Part shown: in pieces, positions 1 through 11,295 of the stretch
Layout: each line of letters opens with the position of its first letter
Numbering within the stretch: the stretch's first letter is position 1
Source of the DNA: Macrostomum lignano
Lineage: Eukaryota
DNA length: 64,000 nucleotides
Assembly (NCBI GenBank): GCA_002269645.1
Contig: NIVC01001999.1
Coordinates: 1 to 64,000 of the forward strand
Direction of reading: 5' to 3'
Position numbers and translations under genes: made by a program
Notes under the pieces: model-generated
Database searches by the model: none
Told to the model about the DNA's origin: nothing
Seen by the model: only the letters and a program-made list of their open reading frames with translations

Positions 1-2159
1 ACTTAATCGTCGGTATCTTTGCCTAGACGATATCATATTACGAATTTTACTATGAAAGCCCTTTTTTCAGATCAAGAAGTCACAATCGCAATTACTGCTT
101 AGCCCGTATTTTCTACATATTTTTGTAAAGAAACTGGTCAACTCGATCGCGAGATGGCTTCACGAAGTCGTATTTCCTCAGTTGCGAGAAATAAATGAAT
201 TCGGAATATTTCATGTTAACAAAGAGATCATTTCGAACAAGTCTTCGTAGGAAGGGCAGCAACAGTTATTTATTACGACTAGTTTGCGCTGAATCAGCAG
301 GCTGCAAGACAGTTATTACGTTGTCGATGCAGATTTGCCTCTGATTGACAGTGTTAATTAAGGTTGCAAAAGAAAAACGAGCACAGCGGCCACAGAGTGA
401 TTCTTCCAAAAACGACAATGTCCGCCATCTGTGGGAGCATGGTTCACAAGAGTGCGAGAAAGTCGCGAGTAAGGCGGCATGCAAAGACGCAAGACCGACT
501 GAAATTTACGAGGGAAGCCTGCAGCATTTTAAGTCAGGTAAAATATGTTCCTATAGCGTCAGTGCGACAAGCATGTAGTCGTATTCAGAATGCTTCTAGA
601 AGAAGCCAAAACGAGCACGAAGATTTGCGCAAGCAAATGTTTAGATTGGAAAATATCGCTAGTATCGGAAGACGCTGTATCTGGATTTATTCAGCGTATC
701 AGTACGGCTCCATTTGGAGTCGTTATTTATTGCGCGGACAACAATTTCTTTGCGCCAATTACTTGCCAGGAATCCCTACGCTCCAGTCCACATCGACGCA
801 ACTGGTGGGCTCGTACGAAAATCGGAAACTTATACCTGAAAATGTGCTGCTCTGCAGCGCAGTTGTTAGTTCTGAATCTGAATCTGTTGTGGCAACGCCA
901 ATAGCAGAGGCGGTATTGGAGTCCACGAAGACCGAAGATATATCGCGTGGATTGAATCCTTTCTGCTCAATTTTGCCCGGTTTCAAGACCGAGGTGTTTT
1001 GGGAAGTGTCAAAGGTTGGCCCGCGTATTTATGTTATCGACTTCAGCTGGGTCTTTCTCCATGGCGTTCTTCGTGCTGCTGCCATAATGGATCTAGGAAC
1101 GTATTTAAGAAAGCAATTCAAGTGACTAACCTCATGGGCGACGTTAAACCTCCATCGTACCCACTTGTATTCATTTGCAGTTCGCATCTAATGCATCGTG
1201 TTGCAATGACGATCGCTATCAAAAACAGAGAAACGAAAAAAAACTTTCTTATCTTTTTTGCCAATCTTATTACTGCTGATAGTTTAGAAACAGCGAAGTC
1301 GGTCTGGGAGACCATGCTTCGTCTATTTTGCAGCCAGTATGTAACGTCCGTTGTGCAAGACGCTTTCGAAGTGCTTCATCAGTACAATGCTTCCTTGCCA
1401 TCTAGCTGTCATGAATTTGTGAATGAAATGCCGGATCCTGAAGAGGAAAATCAATCAGGAATTTCAGTTGATCCTCCAGATTCGGAAGCTGCTACAACAC
1501 TACGATCAAGTTCACCCTTTTCAGGAATTTTCGGTGTTCCTGAGCCAATCAATACCGAGGCAAAAGAGTTGAATCCTAACTTTTCTCTAGAGGCTATGCA
1601 AAAAGTCTTTAAACTTTATCTACCGCTTCTGCCGATTTGGAGCGTGTGTGTTTTCAAAGGAACGCCTATTAGCACGCACCTAACGAACGCACCTGTTGAA
1701 TCCTGGTTTCGTTGGGTAAAAGCTAGAGTGCGTCGTAAAAGTGGCACGCGTTTGTTGATTGGAAACTTTCTACGGGCACAACTCGAATGTGTACTAGAGC
1801 GCATTAGTCGAGTCAAAAAGAATCAGCAGACTGTTCTTCCACCTCGGCGACCAAGACGTCGCAAGGTAAATGAAGAGGCACCTCACGTTCCCAAAGGGGA
1901 CCCTTGGGCCTCCAGAGTTTCAAAACCCTCTTACTTAGGCGGGAAAATTGCCTCAAAGCTACCGTTTAAGTGCAGCCAACTGCGTCCTGCAAGAAAATCA
2001 GAGCACCGATTTGCTCCGAAATCTGAAACTCCAACGTGTGCACTAAGTCCGCCTGCCACTCTTTCCAAGAATACTTTTATTACTGTTAAGGCAGATAACT
2101 GCGGCGAAGAGATCAAATCCGTCTACAGAGGTTGCGTTTTCATACGCCGAGACTGCGCC

Positions 2160-3020
2160 AAAACTGAGATTGGCCGAGAGTGCGCAGCCACAACTGAGAT
2201 TGGCCAAGAGTGCGCAGCCACAACTGAGATTGGCCGAGAGTGCGCAGCCACAACTGAGATTGGCCGAGAGTGCGCAGCCACAACTGAGATTGGCCGAGAG
2301 TGCGCAGCCACAACTGAGATTGGCCGAGAGTGCGCAGCCACAACTGAGATTGGCAAAGAGTGCGCAGCCATAACTGAGATTGGCCAAGAGTGCACAGCCA
2401 CAACTGAGATTGGCCAAGAGTGCGCAGCCACAACTGAGATTGGCCGAGAGTGCGCAGCCACAACTGAGATTGGCCGAGAGTGCGCAGCCACAACTGAGAT
2501 TGGCCGAGAGTGCGCAGCCACAACTGAGATTGGCAAAGAGTGCGCAGCCATAACTGAGATTGGCCAAGAGTGCACAGCCACAACTGAGATTGGCCAAGAG
2601 TGCGCAGCCATAACTGAGATTGGCCAAGAGTGCGCAGCCACAACTGAGATTGGCCAAGAGTGCACAGCCACAACTGAGATTGGCCAAGAGTGCGCAGCCA
2701 TAACTGAGATTGGCCAAGAGTGCGCAGCCACAACTGAGATTGGCCAAGAGTGCGCAGCCATAACTGAGATTGGCCAAGAGTGCGCAGCCACAACTGAGAT
2801 TGGCCAAGAGTGCACAGCCACAACTGAGATTGGCCGAGAGTGCGCAGCCACAACTGAGATTGGCCAAGAGTGCACAGCCACAACTGAGATTGGCCGAGAG
2901 TGCGCAGCCACAACTGAGATTGGCCGAGAGTGCGCAGCCACAACTGAGAATGGCCGAGAGTGCGCAGCCACAACTGAGAATGGCCGAGAGTGCGCAGCCA
3001 CAACTGAGAATGGCCGAGAG
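2160..3020 (+). repeat. 30-bp minisatellite inside the MULE ORF (gccgagagtgcgcagccacaactgagattg)
   Basis: About 28 tandem copies, read as ECAATTEIGR in the open frame. Confidence 0.95.
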
Positions 3021-3049
3021 TGCCCAATCAAACTGAAGCTGGCCGAGGG

Positions 3050-3920
3050 TGCGCAGTCGAAACGGATGATGGCCGAGAGTTCGAAGCCAAACGAATGATC
3101 GCTGAGAGTCCGCAGTCAAAGCGAGGATGGCTGAGAGTGCGCAGCCGAAGCGAGATGGCTGAGAGTCCGCAGCCGAAGCGGAGGATGGCTGAGAGTGCGC
3201 AGCCGAAGCGGAGATGGCTGAGAGTCCGCAGCCGAAGCGGAGGATGGCTGAGAGTGCGCAGCCGAAGCGGAGGATGGCTGAGAGTCCGCAGCCGAAGCGG
3301 AGGATGGCTGAGAGTGCGCAGCCGAAGCGGAGGATGGCTGAGAGTCCGCAGCCGAAGCGGAGGATGGCTGAGAGTGCGCAGCCGAAGCGGAGGATGGCTG
3401 AGAGTCCGCAGCCGAAGCGGAGGATGGCTGAGAGTGCGCAGCCGAAGCGGAGGATGGCTGAGAGTCCGCAGCCGAAGCGGAGGATGGCTGAGAGTGCGCA
3501 GTCGAAGCGGAGGATGGCTGAGAGTGCGCAGCCGAAGCGGAGGATGGCTGAGAGTCCGCAGCCGAAGCGGAGGATGGCTGAGAGTGCGCAGCCGAAGCGG
3601 AGGATGGCTGAGAGTCCGCAGCCGAAGCGGAGGATGGCTGAGAGTGCGCAGCCGAAGCGGAGGATGGCTGAGAGTCCGCAGCCGAAGCGGAGGATGGCTG
3701 AGAGTGCGCAGCCGAAGCGGAGGATGGCTGAGAGTCCGCAGCCGAAGCGGAGGATGGCTGAGAGTGCGCAGTCGAAGCGGAGGATGGCTGAGAGTGCACA
3801 GCCGAAGCGGAGGATGGCTGAGAGTGCGCAGTCGAAGCGGAGGATGGCTGAGAGTGCGCAGTCGAAGCGGAGGATGGCTGAGAGTGCACAGCCGAAGCGG
3901 AGGATGGCTGAGAGCGCGCA
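3050..3920 (+). repeat. Second, related 30-bp minisatellite (gctgagagtgcgcagccgaagcggaggatg)
   Basis: About 28 copies, read as AESAQPKRRM in the frame that runs into the Ulp1 N-terminus. Confidence 0.95.
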
Positions 3921-4426
3921 ATTCAATCCAAGGACGACAGAGAGCACGCAGCTAAAAACGAGAGTGGGCAAGAGGGCGCAACCTAAACGTAGGATGGCCA
4001 ACAGTGCACAGGTCAATCGCAGACAGACTTCTGTCGAGTTAAAGAGCACTAAAAACCCTTTAGTTTCGACGAGCATCAATCAACTTTTTCATTTTATGGA
4101 CAAAAAAGAAAATTCTAAGTGTCCCGCTACGTCAAGAAAATTCATCACCAGTGACTCAAAACGCCTCAAAATTCTTCCTACTGCCAGTGCAAAATCCAAA
4201 AAAAACAGAGATGAAAATTTTACTAAGGAAGAGCTCGTGCCTTGTTTCTCAACCCAAGAAAAGTATGGAAAATTCTGTATCAGGCGCTTCGATCGCGATT
4301 CTCTTCTTAGCGAGCGCAGTTGGATCAGTGTCACGGTAAGTTGGTGTTGGTCTTGTGTCCTTTAAAGTCTTTTAATTACAGCTCAATTCTTAAATCCTTT
4401 TGATATGCTCAATTGACAATCAGTTC

Positions 4427-6085
4427 TGTGAATTATTTCAAAGAAAGTAAGCTTTATTTTGTAGACCGTGTTTACTGCAGAAGTAAGATTGAGGCTCCGG
4501 AAGAGCCAGTCGCTTCTATATATTTAGCGAGCACCGTACGCAAGCAACAAAGACCCTCGAGGGTCTCTCATACATGTACGCAAACCAAAAGGGGAAAAGG
4601 AAAGGAAGGAAGGAACAGCAAGCAAGCAATGGGTGACGCATCGCGATAATGAACATTCCTACCCCACTTCCCCCAACCCCCTCTCACACCACACTACACT
4701 GTACGTCATCACACCCCTTCCCACTAAGATCTTGATCACGGAAGGTGTCATCAAAAAAAGCAAAACAAGCGATCATCAGTTGCAATCAGTCAATTGTAGG
4801 TCAGCCTCTCCGGCTTGAATCGCAGCCTGGCCGATCTCCGCGGCACCGTCCACTCCTCGGTAGCTGCTTCAGGACCAGCATCAGCAACGCCCGTCTCTGC
4901 TGCCGGGGTCTCAGGCAACTCTGCTGTTGCGAGAGGTCGATAGTTGCCTCCTTCGGGCAGCGGCAGGATGGCGGCAGACTCGCAGGCTGCGGAGACATCA
5001 AGGGGGGCCGCCGGCACAATGGACGCCGCAGGCTTGCGTACCTTCTGTTGGTCATTGGTCCACACCCATTCGGATTCTTTCTTCATGATTCTTTCTCTCA
5101 AGGACTTGTCAGTACCGAAAAATTCACTATGAATCTTGACAAGTAATTTGCACTACCAATAAACCGTTGGAGCTGCGCTTGCTTTTCAGCACGCTGTTCG
5201 AAACGGGAGCACGAGAAATGCCCGCAGACAGATTGCCCGCCGAGATTTGCCCGCGGGGGATTTGCCCGTGGAGATTTGCCCGCCGAGCTTTTCCCGCGGG
5301 GATTTGCCCGCAGTGCATTTTGCCCGCGAGCGAGTTGCCCGCCGAGTTTTTTCCCGCCGAGGTTTGCCCGCAGTGCTTTTTTCCTGCAGCGCATTTAGCG
5401 ACGCGGCAGATTTTGTCTGCATTGCCTTCCCAATGCTTAGTACGTGTTAATCTCAATAAAGAGATTTACACGATCAAAACGTTTTGATAGTAACTGCATA
5501 TTAAATGCATATTTTTTTGGGGGGGGGCAATACAGACAGAATCTAGCTGCCAAATGCGCTGCAGGAAAAAAGCATTGCGGGCAAACCTCGGCGGGAAAAA
5601 ACTCGGCGGGCAACTCGCTCGCGGCAAATTAAGGGCAACTCGCTCGCTCGCTGGTGGGCACTGCGGGCAAATCTCGGCGGGCAATTTTCGGCGGGCAAAT
5701 CTCCACGGGCAATTCGCTCACGGGCAAAATGCACTGCGGGCAAATCTCCGCGGGAAAAGCTCGGCGGGCAAATCTCCACGGGCAAATCTCCTGCGGGCAA
5801 ATCTCGGCGGGCGGTTAGTCTGCGGGCAATTCTCATGGACCCGTTCGAAACTGTTTGGGTGCGGCATTTCTTTGATGCTGTTTACTTTTTGTGGATCTAC
5901 TTTCACACCTTTGTCAGTTAGTATGTGTCCAAGAAATCGAAGCTCAGTTTTGCCAATGCTCGTCTTTTGCCTGTTCAGAGTCAGGTTCTTTTTTCTGCAT
6001 TGCTCCAAAAGATTTCGGACTGCTTGGTCGTGCTCTTCCCGAGTCTTTCCCCATACTATGATGTCATCAATATGTAGTTAGCAGA
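4427..6085 (-). mobile_element. Truncated Ty3/gypsy LTR retrotransposon remnant (RT core and thumb, integrase tail, PPT, 3' LTR) in the MULE intron
   Basis: Minus strand: HIDDIIVWG...LRFLGHILTDKGVKVDPQKV, then LQRFIGSANYLSRFI...EWVWTNDQQK, then RRSARLRFKPERL. PPT gggaagggg at 4714-4722. LTR 4427-4713 has TGTGA...TCACA ends and a minus-strand AATAAA. Confidence 0.8.
5205..5842. mobile_element. Non-autonomous foldback/MITE element with 9-bp TSD (Mutator type)
   Basis: TSD gttcgaaac at 5196-5204 and 5843-5851. Imperfect long TIRs (gggagcacgagaaatgcccgcagac / gtctgcgggcaattctcatggaccc) built of ttgcccgc repeats. It interrupts the gypsy RT. Confidence 0.85.
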
Positions 6086-9000
6086 TTTTTCTACCTGACT
6101 TGTCACTTCTGCAAAGAGATTCTATAGTCGATGCATTTCATACACTATGGACATCGTCAGGTCTCAATTATTTATTAATTGAAAACAGAAGAAAAGAACT
6201 TGTTAAAAAACAGTTGACAAGGAAAAGAAAATTATTACAGTTGACGAAGGAGTCAAAGTTTAGTACTCGTATACAAAACTGGGTGCACAAGTTAGGGTGG
6301 AAAGGCATGGTGCGCATCAGATCAATCCAGTCCGGTTTTTGCGTACAATGCCTTTCCACTGAGTCTTATTGCAGTTTTCTATTTAACTTGATTGATAATG
6401 GTTCGAAACGCGTTGCATAAAGACTCATCGAATGCTGATCCTTGTGTTTCTTTTCTATATGTTCTCTTCTGAAACAGTACGCTACCATGTAATCCATGCA
6501 TCCTTCCCACAGATTATTAATGCACTTCTTGCTGCCGTGGCTTCTCAGCATGACGGTGCGGCTTTTCTACTGCACTATGAAGTCGACATACTCTTTCGTG
6601 GAGTGGAAGATCAATTCACAGCTGAATTGATCGATAAGCTGCACAATGTTAGCATTATGATTGATGTGCAGACATTACCGTAGTTTATCGATTATGGCAT
6701 CGTGTCTTATTGACTAAATATTGAAACTATTGACTTTCCCATGTTTTAGGCAAAGAAAGCGATAATTGGTACAATATATCGCAACCAACACTTTATGCTT
6801 TTGTTCGTGGACCTGGAGCGGCACAATGTAGCAGTTTTGGATCCTCTTTTGTCATCCGAGCAACTTAACATTTCAATATGTGCTAACTTAAAGTAAGTTG
6901 GTGCTCAAAGTATTTAAATTGTCTCAATGCAAGTATTTGAAAGTATTCTAAACTGTCGTTTGTGTCTCACTCCCCATCTTTTGTTGATTGTCGGTAATTT
7001 ATCGTTAATCGTTAATTATCGGTAATTTATTTAATTATTCATCAAGACGTCAACACAGAAGTTCTTTGGTAAAAAAATTAGCAAAAAATGGATGCGGGGT
7101 TAAAAATTGGAAAAATGAGCACCAGTGAAGCGCCAGGCACACGACCAGTTTTAATAAAGCTCTACAGGGGGGAGCAAGCAGGTAAGCATGCATACGAGTA
7201 CACCCATCTCGACCCACACCCACCCCAGCACAGAACACTGGTTTGTACTGCCTGTACGAAACTATGACGCTTAAGAAAAATTGTAGGCAATTTTAGGGTT
7301 GGCCAGTCCACCACAATGACCGCCAGTCAGTCGCGATCAAGTACCCGAGTCATGACGCTCATGACCTTGCCTCATGATATTGTGTCAAGGATCTTACCTT
7401 TTTAGCTACTATTCGCGACACTGGTTGAATTGCCAGATTGCCTAAGATACTCGTATCTAGGGCGGATCACTGGCGCCGAATGTCTATTTAATATATTTTA
7501 TCAATACCAAACGACCTGCGCGACCCAACAGTCACCTCTTATCACGAGTACTAATTACTTATATTAGTACTCTATTTTTTACTAAACTGATTGCTGATTA
7601 GACAGGAAACTAACGCATTCCATTATGTTTGTTGTTCTATTACTGCTCGTGTTTTATTCTGCCCTCAGCTCCGTTCGACACTGCTTTGGCTGGCATGAAA
7701 TGCAGCCTATTACTATAAAGCACTCGATTCAGCAGGACGGGAATAGCTGCGGAGTGCTAGTGTGTAAATTCGCTGATTTGCTACTATCCGATAGCTCACT
7801 AAATATCAATTCGGCACCAAGAGAGATGGCTCTGAGCCGTTTGGAATTGTGGAAAACTTTGCTCCTCAGGGCGGTTGACCAAGAAAATTTATGCTGGATG
7901 TGTGGAGAGAAAGAGGCGGCTTCACATGATGGTGCCTACGATAATTGGGTGAGTAGTATGCATTGGTTTGTAAGTTTTAGCGAAGATTATACCTTATGCG
8001 TACGAGTACGAAGCGTTATTACGATGTCGTAAATTTCGGAAATGTATCAAAAAGAGATTTCATAAAGGTATTGCTGAGCAGTGTCTTGGCAGTAAACTCC
8101 AATTTAGATTTTTCCTTCTCCTTTCAGATACAGTGCGAAAAATGTTTCATCTGGTTCCACGAAGCGTGCATTCGACAATCATGCATTTCAACTTGTGTCT
8201 TCTGTGACAGGATTTGACTTGCACTTTTGTGCAACTTTGTTACGAGGTGTATCCAAAATGAAAGAGTCTATCGATAATAATGGTTATGTGATTCATTTAA
8301 CTTTAATTTATGTGGATATCAGAACGACAAATGCTTTTTTATGTTTCTTTCGGGCAGCATTTTTTGCATTAAGTATCCTCCGCCAAGACGTTTGCAATTC
8401 GGTATTCAACCCCCCATCCTCCTAGGATTGCAGATCTGGTGACGGTTTTATTAGCACGTTCCTAATTAGCATGTATACAAGCAGAATACCAGATTCGGAG
8501 ACTCATTTTTATCCTCTAGAAAAGTATCTGCTGGTGGTAAATTCGATATCAATTCGGCCCTAAATTGGGTGATCAATTTGATTACGGGCACTGTTGTCGG
8601 AATATTACCCACTGCCGATGGCATCCTTTACCTGATTCGTTATGGTTCGTACCTGCTTTACCTTTGTAAGTCACGTGCTTCGTTTTTTTATTTTGACACA
8701 GCCTTATTTTTTAACTATGATGAAAGCCTACAGTGCATTTATGGCAAGATAATAGCTGTATCCATACTGGTACTAGTGTACCATAGAGTTTAAACAATCA
8801 TACTGAAGCAGTGCAACTAAAGACAAAATGTGATAGCACATATCATTACTAGACATGACTGCAATATCTGCGTATGGTATGCGCCCATTTGTGACCATAC
8901 AGACGTAGACGTTTATTATGTAAGCAAGACTTTGTGGTCAAGAGCCGTTCCTGAATTCACTAGTGCCCGCTCTTGGCTATAGAATAAACAATCTTTAAAG

Positions 9001-11295
9001 TCGGTAAATACCATGGTAGCTAGTAACGCTTTCTTCACAGACTTTATCATGCTATATTTTTCCGTTGTTTAATTGAAATTTTGTTTTCAACGTAAGCTGT
9101 AAATTTGAACTCGAAATAAATTTCGAAGTTTTTACCGATTGACATACGTGGCAATTAAAAATGTGTTGTTTGTGCATTTTAAGCAGCTAATTAATATTTC
9201 ATAATTTAGTTATTTGGGCCTAAAGGGCTTTCTATTGTAGTACAACAACACCAACACGTAAAGCAATTTTTTCTCTAGCGTACAATTTCTACAGTTTTTT
9301 ATTCTGCACTTAAGGAGTTAAGCGCTTCCAAACCATGTTTTTTCTCTATGTATCCAAATATTTATTTTGCATTTGAACTTTCTTGTTTTTTTGCTACAAT
9401 TTGCTACAATTGCTACACTTGCTACAATTATGGACAAGCATTTTTTTATTGCAATATTTTTGCTATTAAGTAAATTATTAAACATGCATCGTTAGATTTT
9501 TTCGGGCAAGTCCTGCCCTGTCTTTCCTTTAAAAAAATCGACTTTCTCTCAGTTTCCGTTCGTTTTATTTGCAACGAATAATGGATCACCAACGCAAAAA
9601 TAATTAAAACATCATTTTTTCACACACAAGAATTTACCAAAAGCAAAGCTAACTACAGGCAAGTTCAGCGCTTACAGACGCTGCCAGTCATAAGAATATA
9701 GACATCAAACTTTAGACAGGTTTATTTGTAACTCGGAATTTGTAGCGAGTGAATTAGAACGCAGTGGAATGAAATAATCTTGAAATGATCTATGGCCAAA
9801 TCTCCACTGTTTTACACATGGACATCGTGCAGGAATGACACTCTCCGTTCCTGCACGCAAACAATTTATTTAAAATTGTACGCAAATGTATGGGGAGGAG
9901 AGAGAATGTATACAGAGTGTGGAGGTAGGAAAGAGAGAGGGGGTTAAAAATAAATCGATTTTTGTGATTTTTTATTTCACGCCGACATATAAAATTAATT
10001 CAGTGAAGGGGGAGAAAAACTCTAATAAGAATGAAATTCATGAACGCTTACTCGTGCGTCTATGGCCAAAGCACAAGTGCACTGGTCTGTCTCTGGTGTT
10101 TCTCTAGTCTGTCTCTGGCCTGTCTCCGCACACTTGTGCTTTTCCCATTGACGCACTCGTAAGCGTTCAAGAATTATACATTCCTGCACGACTGCCTTCA
10201 TTCCCACGCGCTGGCTCAAATAAGAATTATTATAGTGGAAACGAGATTAGAAAGGTTGTAACTCTCGGCTCGGCTCGGCTAGCCTCGGCTTTATTTGATT
10301 GAGACAGTAACGACAAATAGAGTATTGTCTATCTATGGTCAAGAGGGTTGTAGTGATGGGTTTCGACCTTCGGGCTCCTTGTTAGGGAAGCCTTCGGGCC
10401 TCAGGCTCAGAAATAAATCACTTAGAGACCTGGCCCCCCCACTCCTGTCAGATGGTCAGCCCCATGGTAGCTTGATCGTGTGGCGAGCAGTCTAGGTCCT
10501 ATAGCTAAGAGAGGGACAGCGAGGGACGAGCAGGGAGAATTTGAAGGTATAAATCACTTAATCCGCAGATTAGCTAACTCGCTGCCACCATCCCGTACGC
10601 CCTGGCTCACCACACCGGGGCTCTCGAAATCGGGCTTCCGACTAGAAGGGGCTTTGCACTTACCTTCCCTAGTGTCTTTTTGTTGTCAATCTCGAAGTCA
10701 TAGCCGATGATAAGGGACACTGCTGGGACTGGATCGCATTGGCCATGCAGGTACAGAGGGGACTTGAGCAGCGGATTCTTGCAGTGGCGAGTCTATGGGG
10801 TAGCTACATGTACTATTACATTGCTAAATACGAAGATGTGTACTTTTGGCCTTCAACGCGCCAACTAGCCTCTCCTAGCGCTGATAATAGGCTAACTCGA
10901 ACTTCAGAGACCTCGCATGATTCATTACCCGAGCCGCTTGGCGAACCTAAAGTGCACAGAGTACATCTCTGGCGCCGATTCTGCACTTCTGGCAGTTTTG
11001 CTCACTGATTTGATAGATAGACTGAGAACTGCCTTGCCATTTGTCCACTGTGACCGGCGCCTACTAGCTTAGCTACTCATCTGAGCCATCGGCAAACAAA
11101 GAAATAAAACCGATTAAAATAACTGTTAGATTTAACCTTCTTAAATCACTTCACACTTCACATTGAATTAGAGTTTCAGACTACTAGCAGTATTATTGAA
11201 TGACTTCTGCCTCAGCAACAGCACTACTAAACAAAATGAGCAAAAGTGTGCGCCTAATTCAGCTACTGAACCAGTTGACAGATAAGGGGTCACCC

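Larger units (their letters stand above)
345..8217 (+). pseudogene. Mutator-like (MULE) DDE transposase fused to Ulp1/C48 SUMO-protease-like domain and PHD finger; frameshifted in this sequence
   Basis: MULE motifs sit in shifting frames: GFIQRISTAPFGVVIY (~680-740), VHIDATGGLVRK (786-821), RIYVIDFSW (~1024-1050), ICSSH (~1171-1190), TNAPVESWF (~1682-1710). Downstream spliced exons have consistent phases: ...SWISVT ending 4335, then 6513-6647, 6750-6892 (QHFMLL, VLDPL), 7669-7948 (QQDGNSCG, CWMC) and 8128-8217 (CEKC..HEAC..CVFC). The 5' end probably lies before the window. Confidence 0.8.

Noticed and set aside
10257-11280. Possible solo LTR (TGTAAC...GTTGACA, minus-strand AATAAA)
   Set aside because: No matching TSD, PBS or PPT was found.
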